From: a virus
Strand: one strand, 5' to 3'
Length of the DNA stretch: 61,602 bases
IMG/VR virus record: IMGVR_UViG_3300045988_170590
The stretch's first letter is position 1; the number at the start of each line of letters is the position of its first letter. Under the pieces are notes generated by a model, which was given only the letters and a program-made list of their open reading frames with translations, made no database searches and had not been told where the DNA came from. Made by a program: the position numbers and the translations under genes. Shown piece by piece: positions 1-8,722 of this stretch.

Positions 1-119
1 AGTTGTCTTTTATGCCGTGATTGAGTTTGTACGCCTCTACTCCGTCAAGAACGTTGGGTATAAGGATTTCGATATTACCTTGTTCCCACTCTTTTTGAAG
101 GTATCGTATCATTACGCCC
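1..119. repeat. Exact 119-bp terminal duplication (1-119 = 61484-61602), indicating a circular or circularly permuted contig
   Basis: Base-by-base comparison of both ends. The duplicated segment lies inside one continuous reading frame (TerL). Confidence 0.95.
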
Positions 120-1522
120 TCGTCATCCGTTCCGCCCGCTCTCGTCGCTTTAAGCGGATAAATTACGGGCAAAGCGTTAGGCTGTTCGATTTCGGTATAC
201 GCGCAATGCTTATAGCAGCATAGCGCGGGCGTTCCGTCGTTCGTAGGTTTCATAAGTTCCTGCACGACCGTTTTACCGACAGCACGGGCGTCGACGACTA
301 TATATGTCGTTTGTCCGCCGTCCATACAAAACCTAAGCCATAAATCTTTAAGTTTTCGCGCCTGTAAAGCCTCTGTATGCGGCGGTCGATACGAATCTAC
401 CCAAACCGCTTGTTTTTTGTATTTATCGCGTTTTGTTTCTGTCGTGAACCTTGTACACTTCCATACAACGTCCGCGCAAAGTGCATTTCGTTGACCCTCT
501 TCGTAAGAAACGTCGTGAGCAACGACATAGACCGCGTTTGGGTCTCCGCAATGTCCGCTTTCCATTGACTTCAACACTCTGCTACGAGATAAAATCTCAT
601 CGGTAAGCATTGGGTTTTCGCCTGTACCCGTGTATAAGACTTCCATTTCGCGTTTCCATACTTCCGTAGAAGAGGTCTCGCGTTCTTTTTTGTAATAGGC
701 AATGTCTCGCAAATTACAAAGCAAAGCGGAAATCCACGATATATCCATACAAAAGCCGTCGTATTTATCGCCGTATTTCATAGCCTTTAACGCCATTGCT
801 CTATAAACCGTAAAAGCCTTATTTTGCCTTGACGCGGCATTCGAGATATACGATTGCTTTAACTGTATTCTTGTTCTGTCCTTTACGCCGTTGACCGTTC
901 TCGTAAGTCTATGACCTTTTTTAACGTCTTCTTCAAATGTCGTAAAGTCAAATCCGTCTTCGCCCTCTTGGGCTATTTCTTCGCCGATTAACGAACCGAA
1001 ATTGTCACCACGCGGAGCGTACATTGAAAACTCACTGCCGTTGTTGGTCGTTATCTTAAACATTGCGTCGCGGTCGTTGTTTTTGTTCCACCAACTTGCA
1101 AGCAGCGGATAACACTTTTCAACCGAGGCAAACGCCTGAGACGCAAGAGCGGCGGACTGCTTTTGGTTGGGCGCGAAATACCTTACTCGTTCGCCCGGGT
1201 AAACAACACCGTCGACCTCTTTACCTGCCAGAACGACAAAAGTTTTCGTTATACCTCTTGCGCCCGTAATGTAAGTGGTTTGGTATCTAGCCTGAACCCT
1301 TAACATTATTCTTTGCGGAAGTTCCAACCCGTAAGGCGCATTCGGCGATCGCAATAGGTCTAAAAGAAAGTCGGGATAAAATCTGAAAAAACTTATAAGC
1401 AAAGCCCACGCGTCTTTATCGACATTATCGTAATCGAAAGCCTGTTCCTTATTTACGGTTTCCCAACGTCCGCGTTTTTGCGACCACTTTTTCCCTTGAC
1501 CGCTGTAATATCCCGTCGGCAT
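1..1522 (-). CDS. terL: Terminase large subunit, 5' part (continues across the junction into 61164-61483; about 613 aa in total)
   Basis: ATG at 1522-1520 in a TAATG overlap with the upstream stop. Hand translation MPTGYYSGQGKKW...ITGARGITKTF (Walker-A-like)...DDEGVMIRYLQKEW is open to base 1 and matches the start of ORF 61164-61595. It lies next to the portal gene. Confidence 0.85.
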   Translation of the reverse strand, partial: MPTGYYSGQGKKWSQKRGRWETVNKEQAFDYDNVDKDAWALLISFFRFYPDFLLDLLRSPNAPYGLELPQRIMLRVQARYQTTYITGARGITKTFVVLAGKEVDGVVYPGERVRYFAPNQKQSAALASQAFASVEKCYPLLASWWNKNNDRDAMFKITTNNGSEFSMYAPRGDNFGSLIGEEIAQEGEDGFDFTTFEEDVKKGHRLTRTVNGVKDRTRIQLKQSYISNAASRQNKAFTVYRAMALKAMKYGDKYDGFCMDISWISALLCNLRDIAYYKKERETSSTEVWKREMEVLYTGTGENPMLTDEILSRSRVLKSMESGHCGDPNAVYVVAHDVSYEEGQRNALCADVVWKCTRFTTETKRDKYKKQAVWVDSYRPPHTEALQARKLKDLWLRFCMDGGQTTYIVVDARAVGKTVVQELMKPTNDGTPALCCYKHCAYTEIEQPNALPVIYPLKATRAGGTDDEGVMIRYLQKEWEQGNIEILIPNVLDGVEAYKLNHGIKDN

Positions 1523-2604
1523 TACTCTTCACCGCCGTTTTTCTTCTTTCGGGGCTTTTCAATCTGCACTTTCGTAAGCCCTGCGTAACGCTTTGCCTCT
1601 TTCTCCTGCTCTGTCTCTTCCGCCTCAAATTCACCGTATTCGTCAACCGCCGCATACTCTTCGGGAAGATTGATTAAGGTCGGTTCATCGGCGTTTTTAC
1701 GCATTGAGTTCATAATATCGAGTATTACTTGGTCTGCGACGTCGAGCGAATATTTGTATTTTTTTGACTTCGCGAACTTGTCTCTCAATACCTCTACCAA
1801 CTCGTCGTAAGTAAGCAGTTTACCGCTTTCCATAAGCCCTGCATTTTCCAACGCTAAAACCATTGAATCCAAGCGTAACGCCTCGACGGGTTTTTCGTCT
1901 TTCTTTCGCAACTGTTCTGACGCAAGAATGTTATCAATCGACTTTTGGACTTTATCGAAACTGCCGGCGTCGCCAATGGATTGTAAATAATCCTGCGCGA
2001 CCCTCAACTTTACTACGCGTCGTATATTGTTCTCCATAGTCTCGTCGACGGTAACGCCTTTATAACGCGAAATCATAGCGTCGTATTGTGTATCGAGTTC
2101 TTTATACACTTCGGAAGTAACCGTAAAACTTTGCCAAAGGTCGCGAGTTCCCCACTTTTCGCGTTGCTCTTCCGTTCCCGGCAATCTGTCAAGCCGCTCT
2201 TTCTCGCGTTTACAAAATTCCGAAAAATCTTTCGCCTGCATATTCTTGCCGAATATCCGGAAGAGGTTTGTTTCGCCGTCCGAAAAGGTCGCCAACCTTT
2301 CGCCGATGAAGAGTTTATTGTTTTTATTGAGTAAATCTATATAGGCAAGCCAAACGTCGTTCGCCGTAAACAATTCATCAGTCACGATTAACGGATAAAG
2401 CGGAACGTCGTATTTTAGGCAAGTGAAAAACAAAGCCAACGATTCACCGTTCTTTTGCTTTAACTCGTTATAGGTTTTGCTTTCGCAATCTAAACAATAC
2501 GGCGAGCCTTCATATCGGCTGTTTTCTTCCGAGAGTTTAGCCCCGCAAGAGTGACAAAAATATTCGGTTGTACTCGTCTTTCTGACTTGTTTTTTCACGC
2601 CCAT
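1522..2604 (-). CDS. Putative small terminase / DNA-recognition protein with an N-terminal zinc ribbon
   Basis: 360-aa ORF immediately upstream of, and overlapping, terL. CHSCG...CLDC motif and acidic C-terminus. Function is assigned by position only. Confidence 0.4.
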   Translation of the reverse strand: MGVKKQVRKTSTTEYFCHSCGAKLSEENSRYEGSPYCLDCESKTYNELKQKNGESLALFFTCLKYDVPLYPLIVTDELFTANDVWLAYIDLLNKNNKLFIGERLATFSDGETNLFRIFGKNMQAKDFSEFCKREKERLDRLPGTEEQREKWGTRDLWQSFTVTSEVYKELDTQYDAMISRYKGVTVDETMENNIRRVVKLRVAQDYLQSIGDAGSFDKVQKSIDNILASEQLRKKDEKPVEALRLDSMVLALENAGLMESGKLLTYDELVEVLRDKFAKSKKYKYSLDVADQVILDIMNSMRKNADEPTLINLPEEYAAVDEYGEFEAEETEQEKEAKRYAGLTKVQIEKPRKKKNGGEE

Positions 2605-2617
2605 GTCTACTCCTGCG

Positions 2618-2659
2618 AAAAAATAACAAAAAAGCCCTGCGAGTGTTACCTCGCAAGGC
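2618..2659 (-). terminator. Rho-independent terminator just upstream of the first late gene
   Basis: On the - strand GCCUUGCGAG/CUCGCAGGGC forms a 10-bp stem (one G.U pair) with a UAACA loop, followed by UUUUUUGUUAUUUUUU. It ends 14 nt before the ATG at 2604. Confidence 0.7.
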
Positions 2660-2834
2660 TTATAAAGACAATCTGCGTAAACGACACAATGCCCTTGTTC
2701 TTACAAGAGTAACCCAAGCGGCACATAAGCAATTAAGAACCCATTGCCCGAGTTCCGAAACCTTTATCGTTCCGTGCTATCAAAGTGTCATTTACAACGG
2801 CGTATAAAAACGCCTATATTCAATTTACATTACC

Positions 2835-2863
2835 ATATTACATCACGATTACAAATTTGTCAA
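2835..2863 (-). promoter_or_regulatory. Near-consensus sigma70/sigmaA-type promoter (TTGACA-17 nt-TAATAT) facing the late operon
   Basis: Reverse complement of 2858-2863 is TTGACA and of 2835-2840 is TAATAT, with a 17-nt spacer. It sits about 200 nt upstream of the terminator at 2618-2659. Confidence 0.6.
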
Positions 2864-3005
2864 GAGGTTGTGTAACTTTTTTTAGTTAATGCTTAATTTT
2901 TTTTTTGAGAAAGGGGGCGGCTTTCCCTCTGACTAAACCTATCAATCGGTGTTATTTTTTTATTATAATTTTTATTTACAAACGCGCCGCCCCGCGATTG
3001 TATCG

Positions 3006-4028
3006 TTAGTATTTTATAAAGCCGTCGCCATAGATTTTATTCAACTCGTCTATGACGTGCTTCATTCCTAAACCGTCTTTGGTCGGCTTCCAGAAGCCGT
3101 CGGTATCGTAAGCCCCGCCACCCATACAATACTCGTATTGACGCGGGTGATTTTTTTTGAGTAATAAAAACCTTTCGTCGCCTTTGCAGTGCGCAGAAAA
3201 CATACAGAATATACAGCCTGTCCGTTTTACTCCCGTAGTATCTAATTTTCCGCAACTACAAAGAGTTGTGCCGTATTGATACCCGTCAGGATCTTTGACT
3301 ACGACTTGCCCGTAAACTTTTGAAATCCGCAAGTTATTTTGCAGTATGTATTGCAGAACGTCTTGCTCCGTCCAAAAACTCATAGGGTTGCTTATCGGCG
3401 ACTTCATATCGAAACCGTTACACCCGTTGCGTAGCCACTGTTGCTCGCGCAGTTGGCTTTCCTCTGCCATTTGCGCCGTCATAGGCATTTTACCCGTGAT
3501 TTTGCTGTATTCGTGAGCGGGTTTCTTTTTCATAACGCCGCAACACCTGTCTGATATATTAAAATCAACATTTAACAATGGAGCATACTTTTCTTTATTG
3601 TAAATGGACTTATTCCCGTTTTTATCTGTCCACGCCCCATTTAATCGGTCTATTCGGCTTTGCTGTCCACGCTTAGCCCAATATATACAATTAGCAACTT
3701 CTTTACCTATAACGGGATAACCGTAGGTCTTTATAACCTCGTCGAATCGCATTGCCGGTCTTAAAATTTCAACATTGTCGAAACTTTTAACGAATTGCTG
3801 ATTTTCGGGATATTCAAGCCCGGTGTTGATAAAAACGGCTTTCACCGTCGGATATAGTTTTCGTACCATATCCAACAGCACCGTGCTATCCTTACCGCCC
3901 GAAAACGAAACGTAAACGCCGTCTACACCGTAGAACTGCACCCATTCGCGTATACGCTGTTGAGTGCGCATTACCTTTAATTCAAGCGGTAAAGACTGTA
4001 ATTGAGTTAGTTCATTTCTCGTCGGCAT
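3006..4028 (-). CDS. PAPS-reductase / PP-loop ATPase family protein (DndC/IbrA-like) with a C-terminal Cys cluster
   Basis: SFSGGKDSTVLL PP-loop motif and C-terminal CSCG...CIFCMF...HC. The ATG at 4028 has a GGAG SD and is preferred over the track start at 4061. Confidence 0.75.
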   Translation of the reverse strand: MPTRNELTQLQSLPLELKVMRTQQRIREWVQFYGVDGVYVSFSGGKDSTVLLDMVRKLYPTVKAVFINTGLEYPENQQFVKSFDNVEILRPAMRFDEVIKTYGYPVIGKEVANCIYWAKRGQQSRIDRLNGAWTDKNGNKSIYNKEKYAPLLNVDFNISDRCCGVMKKKPAHEYSKITGKMPMTAQMAEESQLREQQWLRNGCNGFDMKSPISNPMSFWTEQDVLQYILQNNLRISKVYGQVVVKDPDGYQYGTTLCSCGKLDTTGVKRTGCIFCMFSAHCKGDERFLLLKKNHPRQYEYCMGGGAYDTDGFWKPTKDGLGMKHVIDELNKIYGDGFIKY

Positions 4029-4030
4029 TT

Positions 4031-4114
4031 TTACTCTCCTAAATCTTGAACGTAAGTACACGTCTCACAATCGCCGTGAGGACAGTCTAATATATCGTCA
4101 TATAAATCACACAT
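4031..4114 (-). CDS. 27-aa Cys-rich peptide (MCDLYDDILDCPHGDCETCTYVQDLGE)
   Basis: Fills the gap between the ASCH and PAPS-reductase genes and has a GAGG-like SD. It is too short for the ORF track. Confidence 0.3.
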   Translation of the reverse strand: MCDLYDDILDCPHGDCETCTYVQDLGE

Positions 4115-4115
4115 T

Positions 4116-4664
4116 TTACACCTCTTTTAACTCTTTGACGCGCATATACGACTGCGGCGGACGGGTTATTGTGCTATTGCAAATATCCCACGGCTTACCC
4201 GTAAATCTATTGCAAGAATAACAAAGATTTTTGCGATTGCAAGATATTCTAAACTCGCTCAACTCACGAGGCTTGTCGTAAATCTTTAAGTCGGATATAT
4301 GCCAGCCGTAAAGGGTTTTGCTTTCTCCGTAGTTTTCAATTTCGTCATAAGTCAAACAAGCGGCGGCTCCGTCTGCCGAACTTATATAATACATTTTTTC
4401 GTCTTTATCTTCGCTATAACAGTCAGGCAAATATTTCCACTTGTCTACCTCATCGCATATAACCCTCATCCCGATTTTACCGAAATGCTTGCGATATTTC
4501 TCTTGAAATTCTTTCGGTATTTTCGCAAAAGATTTTTCGTCTTTGCTCATATAAAAGGCTATATCCTGCGGTAAGTTTTTCAATGCCGTTTTTCTTACTT
4601 CGATAGTTTTCTTTCTTTCCCCTATTAAATAGTAGTAATAAGGTTTAAGACTTGCTAAAATCAT
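4116..4664 (-). CDS. ASCH/PUA-like domain protein
   Basis: The N-terminus ILASLKPYYYYLIGERKKTIEVRK resembles the ASCH signature (I.SIKP.Y...I..G.K..E.R). Cys-rich C-terminus. Confidence 0.5.
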   Translation of the reverse strand: MILASLKPYYYYLIGERKKTIEVRKTALKNLPQDIAFYMSKDEKSFAKIPKEFQEKYRKHFGKIGMRVICDEVDKWKYLPDCYSEDKDEKMYYISSADGAAACLTYDEIENYGESKTLYGWHISDLKIYDKPRELSEFRISCNRKNLCYSCNRFTGKPWDICNSTITRPPQSYMRVKELKEV

Positions 4665-5260
4665 TTTTTGTCCTCGATAATCCTTATGGGTAAAATAAGT
4701 TGCTCGTTTGTAATGTTCTCGTTTTTTGCTCGGATAATAAATGCTTCTTTATTATTTTCTTTACTGTCAAAAACGGCATAACTTTTTCCGCCGCCAAACA
4801 AACATATACCATTTAAGGCTTTCATTGCGTCTATAACGTATCGTGGCGGCAAACCTAATTCCCTGTCGTGTGGTCTTGCGGCGGCATATACTTTTTCAAG
4901 GTCGAAAAATTCGTCGTTCGGAATATCGAAGCCGTATCTTAACACTCCGTATTCGGTCATAACCTCGACAAAGGTCTTTTTGTCCGATTGCTCGATAACA
5001 ACGGGGTTTGTTCCGTTCTTACTTGTTTTGACCGTAAAAGGTTTTATAAGGCAAGTAAATTCCTCGTCTATCGGACAAGTATTTTTAATTTCCACTCTGC
5101 CCGCTCTGTACCCGTCAAGCGCATACGCCGTTATTGTATCGGTTTTGACCTTGATTTGTATGTATTGCAATATCGGACGGCTGTCGTCTTTTGAAACACA
5201 ATGTTTTACGCCGTCTATCAATTTCTTAAATATTATTTCGTTAATTTCTACTCTTTTCAT
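4661..5260 (-). CDS. Short DnaN (beta sliding clamp)-like protein
   Basis: SRPILQYIQIKVKTDTITAYALDGYRAGRV resembles the clamp motif R..L.G......L..VATDGHRLA. The C-terminal LILPIRI resembles the clamp C-terminus MPMRL. At 199 aa it is about half of a clamp monomer. Confidence 0.45.
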   Translation of the reverse strand: MKRVEINEIIFKKLIDGVKHCVSKDDSRPILQYIQIKVKTDTITAYALDGYRAGRVEIKNTCPIDEEFTCLIKPFTVKTSKNGTNPVVIEQSDKKTFVEVMTEYGVLRYGFDIPNDEFFDLEKVYAAARPHDRELGLPPRYVIDAMKALNGICLFGGGKSYAVFDSKENNKEAFIIRAKNENITNEQLILPIRIIEDKK

Positions 5261-5739
5261 TTCTCATACTCCTTTAATAATTCGTCGATACATTCAAATA
5301 CAAGCCTTTCATCTGTATTCCCGCTTGGTGTAATATAATCGTAGTGCAAACCGCGTTTCAACTTTTCCGCAAACTCTTTGACGGCTTGCTTAACTTGTTC
5401 TTTCGTGCTTACTGCTTCTACCATAAAGCCGCTTGATATACAAGCCTTTAAGAAGTCAGTTGCTTTCATATTACCAATTTTGCCTTGTGCCGTTTTTACA
5501 AGTATTTCGTGTTCTTCCCTTGAAAGCACAACGCTATCTTCGGGGAGTTTGCGGTAGCCTGCGTTATAAAGGGCTTTGGATATATCATAAGTACAGAGTG
5601 GCGTATATCCGTTAAACCCGCCATACTTGCTTATGTCCATTCTATAAGCAACTTGACCGTGAAATTTCTCCCGTATCAATTCATCTATTTCTTCTATCTG
5701 TATTAGTCTGTCCTTTTCAATCTGCTGTTCTTTGTTCAT
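5257..5739 (-). CDS. Hypothetical protein
   Basis: 160-aa ORF, co-oriented, with a 4-nt stop/start overlap with its neighbour. Confidence 0.6.
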   Translation of the reverse strand: MNKEQQIEKDRLIQIEEIDELIREKFHGQVAYRMDISKYGGFNGYTPLCTYDISKALYNAGYRKLPEDSVVLSREEHEILVKTAQGKIGNMKATDFLKACISSGFMVEAVSTKEQVKQAVKEFAEKLKRGLHYDYITPSGNTDERLVFECIDELLKEYEK

Positions 5740-5750
5740 TCATATACTCC

Positions 5751-6047
5751 TTAAAAAATTTTATCTCCGCGACCCTCATAACGCCTTTCGATTTTCTTAA
5801 AAATCATTTTTAATCGATACTTAAATCCCGATAATGCCGTTTCACATTCCTTTATTGTCGGTCGAACCACATTGTATTCACACAATATTGTGCCGTCATA
5901 CCCCGTACCAATATTAAACCCAACACCGTTGTTATTCCCAAAAGTCTCCAACTCATCAAACACTGCCTTGTTGATTTTAACGAATTTATCCAAATTATTT
6001 ATTTTATCCTTAATTTCGTATAAGCCTCTGATAAATTTTTTAGCCAT
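5751..6047 (-). CDS. Hypothetical protein
   Basis: 98-aa co-oriented ORF in a tightly packed operon. Confidence 0.55.
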   Translation of the reverse strand: MAKKFIRGLYEIKDKINNLDKFVKINKAVFDELETFGNNNGVGFNIGTGYDGTILCEYNVVRPTIKECETALSGFKYRLKMIFKKIERRYEGRGDKIF

Positions 6048-6049
6048 TT

Positions 6050-6247
6050 TTACTCCTTCCTTGTGTCAAAATAAGTTATATCTTTTATTCGATAACGACA
6101 AGTGCAATCGCGAGAAGTATTTTTACAAAGTTGAGCGTAATATTTGTACTTAATCGTTTTGCCGTTCTCGAACTTTATTTGTGTTACCTTTTGCAATTTA
6201 CCTTTATTTATGCAGTCGCACTCGGCTATGCAATAAAAATATCTCAT
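6050..6247 (-). CDS. Hypothetical small Cys-rich protein
   Basis: 65-aa co-oriented ORF with several Cys residues. Confidence 0.45.
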   Translation of the reverse strand: MRYFYCIAECDCINKGKLQKVTQIKFENGKTIKYKYYAQLCKNTSRDCTCRYRIKDITYFDTRKE

Positions 6248-6253
6248 TTCTCT

Positions 6254-6739
6254 TTATAAGTCGTGTAATAATTCGGGAAATTCAAACCTGTTCCCGATAA
6301 CCTCTATATTGTCCATTATATCATCGTCAAGCCTACGCAAGTTGTGCCTTTGTCCGAAAACACCGACCATTCTTCTATTTACCTTATTGTGAGTCCACTC
6401 TATGCCGAAAACACCGCACTTAAATTGAACGTCGCCGACACTTAGTATTTTGTCGTTTACGAAATCGGCGACAACATCACCCTCGAATATCGGATAACCC
6501 CGCTTATCTTTCAGCCCTGTGAACTGCCCGACGCTTTCTTTTTTAACTTCTTGCATAACGATCGACCTTGACAGCATACCGTCCACTTGAAAAGCGTTTG
6601 CTCGCGGGTGAATATAATATTTGTCTTTGCTTACGATTAAGTCGCCAACCACCCAACCGCCATTAAATGCCCAAACGCCGTCATAAATCTTACCGTCTAC
6701 CCGCTTCCCGCGATATAAATTCTTATCGTTCATAAACAC
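6254..6739 (-). CDS. YopX family protein
   Basis: GQFTGLKDKRGYPIFEGDVV and the C-terminal VIGNRFEFPELL match the YopX signature (GQ.TGLKDKNG..I.EGDI ... IGNI.ENPELL). Confidence 0.75.
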   Translation of the reverse strand: MFMNDKNLYRGKRVDGKIYDGVWAFNGGWVVGDLIVSKDKYYIHPRANAFQVDGMLSRSIVMQEVKKESVGQFTGLKDKRGYPIFEGDVVADFVNDKILSVGDVQFKCGVFGIEWTHNKVNRRMVGVFGQRHNLRRLDDDIMDNIEVIGNRFEFPELLHDL

Positions 6740-6740
6740 C

Positions 6741-7154
6741 TCACCATTCGGGCTTGTCTTTGAACTCTATTCCGTATTTGTCTTTCAAATAGTAAATAGT
6801 CGGCATAAAAAACAATTTCGGTAAATTCATTTTCGGAATATTTTCTTTTGCCCATTCGAGATACACTTCGGGCAAATCCATTGACAACATACAGCACGTA
6901 ATGATTTTGTTCAGGCACACCGCTGTATCGGCATCTATGCCTTCAACGTTTTTCATATCGATTTTTACAGGAATCCACGTTCTTGCATAGTCCAACTGTT
7001 TTTGAATTTTCGCTGATTTACTCGCCGCAAGTTCGGGTATTATTTGCAACCCTAATTCTTCAAGGTTGTTTCCGGTAAACCACTTTTTGATAATATCTAT
7101 ATCTTCGTAATGAAAAAGTTTATTTTCTTCGAGTAGTTCTTTCAAAGATTTCAT
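6741..7154 (-). CDS. Hypothetical protein
   Basis: 137-aa co-oriented ORF packed tightly against its neighbours. Confidence 0.6.
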   Translation of the reverse strand: MKSLKELLEENKLFHYEDIDIIKKWFTGNNLEELGLQIIPELAASKSAKIQKQLDYARTWIPVKIDMKNVEGIDADTAVCLNKIITCCMLSMDLPEVYLEWAKENIPKMNLPKLFFMPTIYYLKDKYGIEFKDKPEW

Positions 7155-7336
7155 CTTACTACCTCTATTTTCTTAACGTGTGTTTTACGGAAAGTCCAAT
7201 TTTGAACCTGATAACGGTCGGGTTTCCACTCTGCGCGGGTTAATACACCTGTTATGATTGTATCGTCGAAAAGCGTTATCTTGACTTTCTTTCCCAAAAG
7301 TGCGTTTAACTCTTTACTTTCGTGGGTATATTTCAT
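7151..7336 (-). CDS. Hypothetical protein
   Basis: 61-aa co-oriented ORF with an overlapping start/stop. Confidence 0.5.
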   Translation of the reverse strand: MKYTHESKELNALLGKKVKITLFDDTIITGVLTRAEWKPDRYQVQNWTFRKTHVKKIEVVR

Positions 7337-7567
7337 TTATATGCACCTCTCTTTAACTGTTTTTTTCTGTTGTCTTTCGTCCATTTTGATATAATAAGGT
7401 ATTTGATAAAGATATTTAGTTTTATGTCTGAATGTTTTACCGTTAAAGCGTTTTCTTTCGCAGCGGTGATAATGTTTTTCTTTTAAGTATGCCACATGCG
7501 CTCTCGCTCGCTCGTACCACTCGTAGTTGCTTTCGACAAAATTGTATATATTGAAAAATTCGTTCAT
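7337..7567 (-). CDS. Hypothetical protein
   Basis: 76-aa co-oriented ORF. Confidence 0.5.
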   Translation of the reverse strand: MNEFFNIYNFVESNYEWYERARAHVAYLKEKHYHRCERKRFNGKTFRHKTKYLYQIPYYIKMDERQQKKTVKERCI

Positions 7568-7827
7568 TGTTGTGCCTCTTCTTCTTTACCCAAATATCTG
7601 TCTACAAACAATGCAAAAACAAATATTTCCTGCCGTATTTCGACGGGCAAGCCTTTCCATTGCTCGCTTTTAAGTGATTGTTCCATAAGCCGTTTTGCTT
7701 TTAATTGCAAAAACTCTTTTTCACTGATTTCTACTATTTTTGCACCCTCTTCAATCCGCTTAAAATACAATCGACACACAGTATCTCGCCATTGTATTCG
7801 TATAAATCCTCGTCTTCCGTTCCACAA
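7564..7827 (-). CDS. Hypothetical protein (start uncertain)
   Basis: 87-aa ORF. Its only ATG gives a 94-nt overlap with 7734-7928. Confidence 0.4.
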   Translation of the reverse strand: MWNGRRGFIRIQWRDTVCRLYFKRIEEGAKIVEISEKEFLQLKAKRLMEQSLKSEQWKGLPVEIRQEIFVFALFVDRYLGKEEEAQQ

Positions 7828-7928
7828 CCGTCACAAACGATATGCTCGACGTTGCGATTTGGACAATTCGTGCCTAAGCAACCTTGCTCGCGAGGGCAAT
7901 TAACACATTCGTTTTCTGTTTTTGTCAT
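7734..7928 (-). CDS. Small zinc-finger-like Cys-rich protein
   Basis: CVNCP...CLGTNCP...CDGCG...CVDC pattern. ATGA-type overlap with the upstream methyltransferase gene. Confidence 0.55.
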   Translation of the reverse strand: MTKTENECVNCPREQGCLGTNCPNRNVEHIVCDGCGTEDEDLYEYNGEILCVDCILSGLKRVQK

Positions 7929-8722
7929 ATCCCGTTTATCTCCAAAAAGTTACCCTGACCGAAAGCGTTGTACCCTTCGAGTCGATTCTTTGCAATGTTG
8001 TACCACTTTTCTTCTATCTCGAAACCGATGAAATTTCGATTTAAGTGTTTACACGCTAAACCTGTCGTTCCGCTGCCCATAAAGCAATCAAGAACCGTGT
8101 CGCCCTCTTTCGTCGAATTAAGAATATGATTCTCTACGAAAGGCAACGGCTTTATCGTCGGGTGAAGAAAGTTGCCTTTATCCTTTACATTTAACGGGCT
8201 TATGTAATACTTTTGTTTCGTCTTCATAGTTCCGCCGATTTTAGTCTTACCACCGTCGCGAAACATAAGACAATATTCGGTATCGCTCAAATATTTACCG
8301 TTACAGGTAGGTATCGGATTTTCTTTAAGCCATACCAATATTTCAAACCGGCAACCGTGTTCACCTACGAAATAATTCATAAGCGGTAAAATCTGCGCTT
8401 TACTGCACCAGATATAAACGTAAATATTTTTCAAAACCCTGCAAAACTCGTCCAAAATGCCGTAATCTATACCGAAAGCGATTTCTTTAATGCCGTCGAT
8501 ATTTTTCATAGCCGCTTTCCAGACACGGGTATTCCCGTTGGTGTTCTGACAAACCTTTTCATACTCGGCGTGATAGTCGCGTTTCTTTTCACCGAAACAG
8601 CCGCCACCACCGTTGCCCTCAATATCGTATGGCACGTCCGTGTATATGAGATCCACGCTCTTATCCGGCAAATCCTTTATGAGTTTATAGCAGTCGCCGA
8701 GCCTTAAATCGATTTTGATCAT
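7925..8722 (-). CDS. DNA methyltransferase, beta-class N6A/N4C (DPPY-type)
   Basis: IYTDVPYDI (motif IV) lies before FMGSGTTGLAC (motif I). The start MIKIDL at 8722 is in an ATGA overlap with the upstream stop. Confidence 0.8.
   Translation of the reverse strand: MIKIDLRLGDCYKLIKDLPDKSVDLIYTDVPYDIEGNGGGGCFGEKKRDYHAEYEKVCQNTNGNTRVWKAAMKNIDGIKEIAFGIDYGILDEFCRVLKNIYVYIWCSKAQILPLMNYFVGEHGCRFEILVWLKENPIPTCNGKYLSDTEYCLMFRDGGKTKIGGTMKTKQKYYISPLNVKDKGNFLHPTIKPLPFVENHILNSTKEGDTVLDCFMGSGTTGLACKHLNRNFIGFEIEEKWYNIAKNRLEGYNAFGQGNFLEINGI

Noticed and set aside
1-119. Biological direct terminal repeat (cos/DTR packaging)
   Set aside because: The repeat lies inside the terL coding sequence and is needed to complete that ORF only once. 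This is the signature of an assembly overlap of a circular molecule.
2905-2935. Terminator for the early operon at the GGGAAAG/CUUUCUC hairpin
   Set aside because: On the - strand the hairpin is followed by an A run, not a U run. On the + strand it lacks a downstream U tract. It is therefore not a convincing intrinsic terminator in either direction.
7734-7827. Programmed frameshift joining 7734-7928 and 7564-7827 (94-nt overlap)
   Set aside because: No slippery sequence or downstream structure was noticed. A mis-called start, or independent initiation at the upstream ATG, is the simpler explanation.
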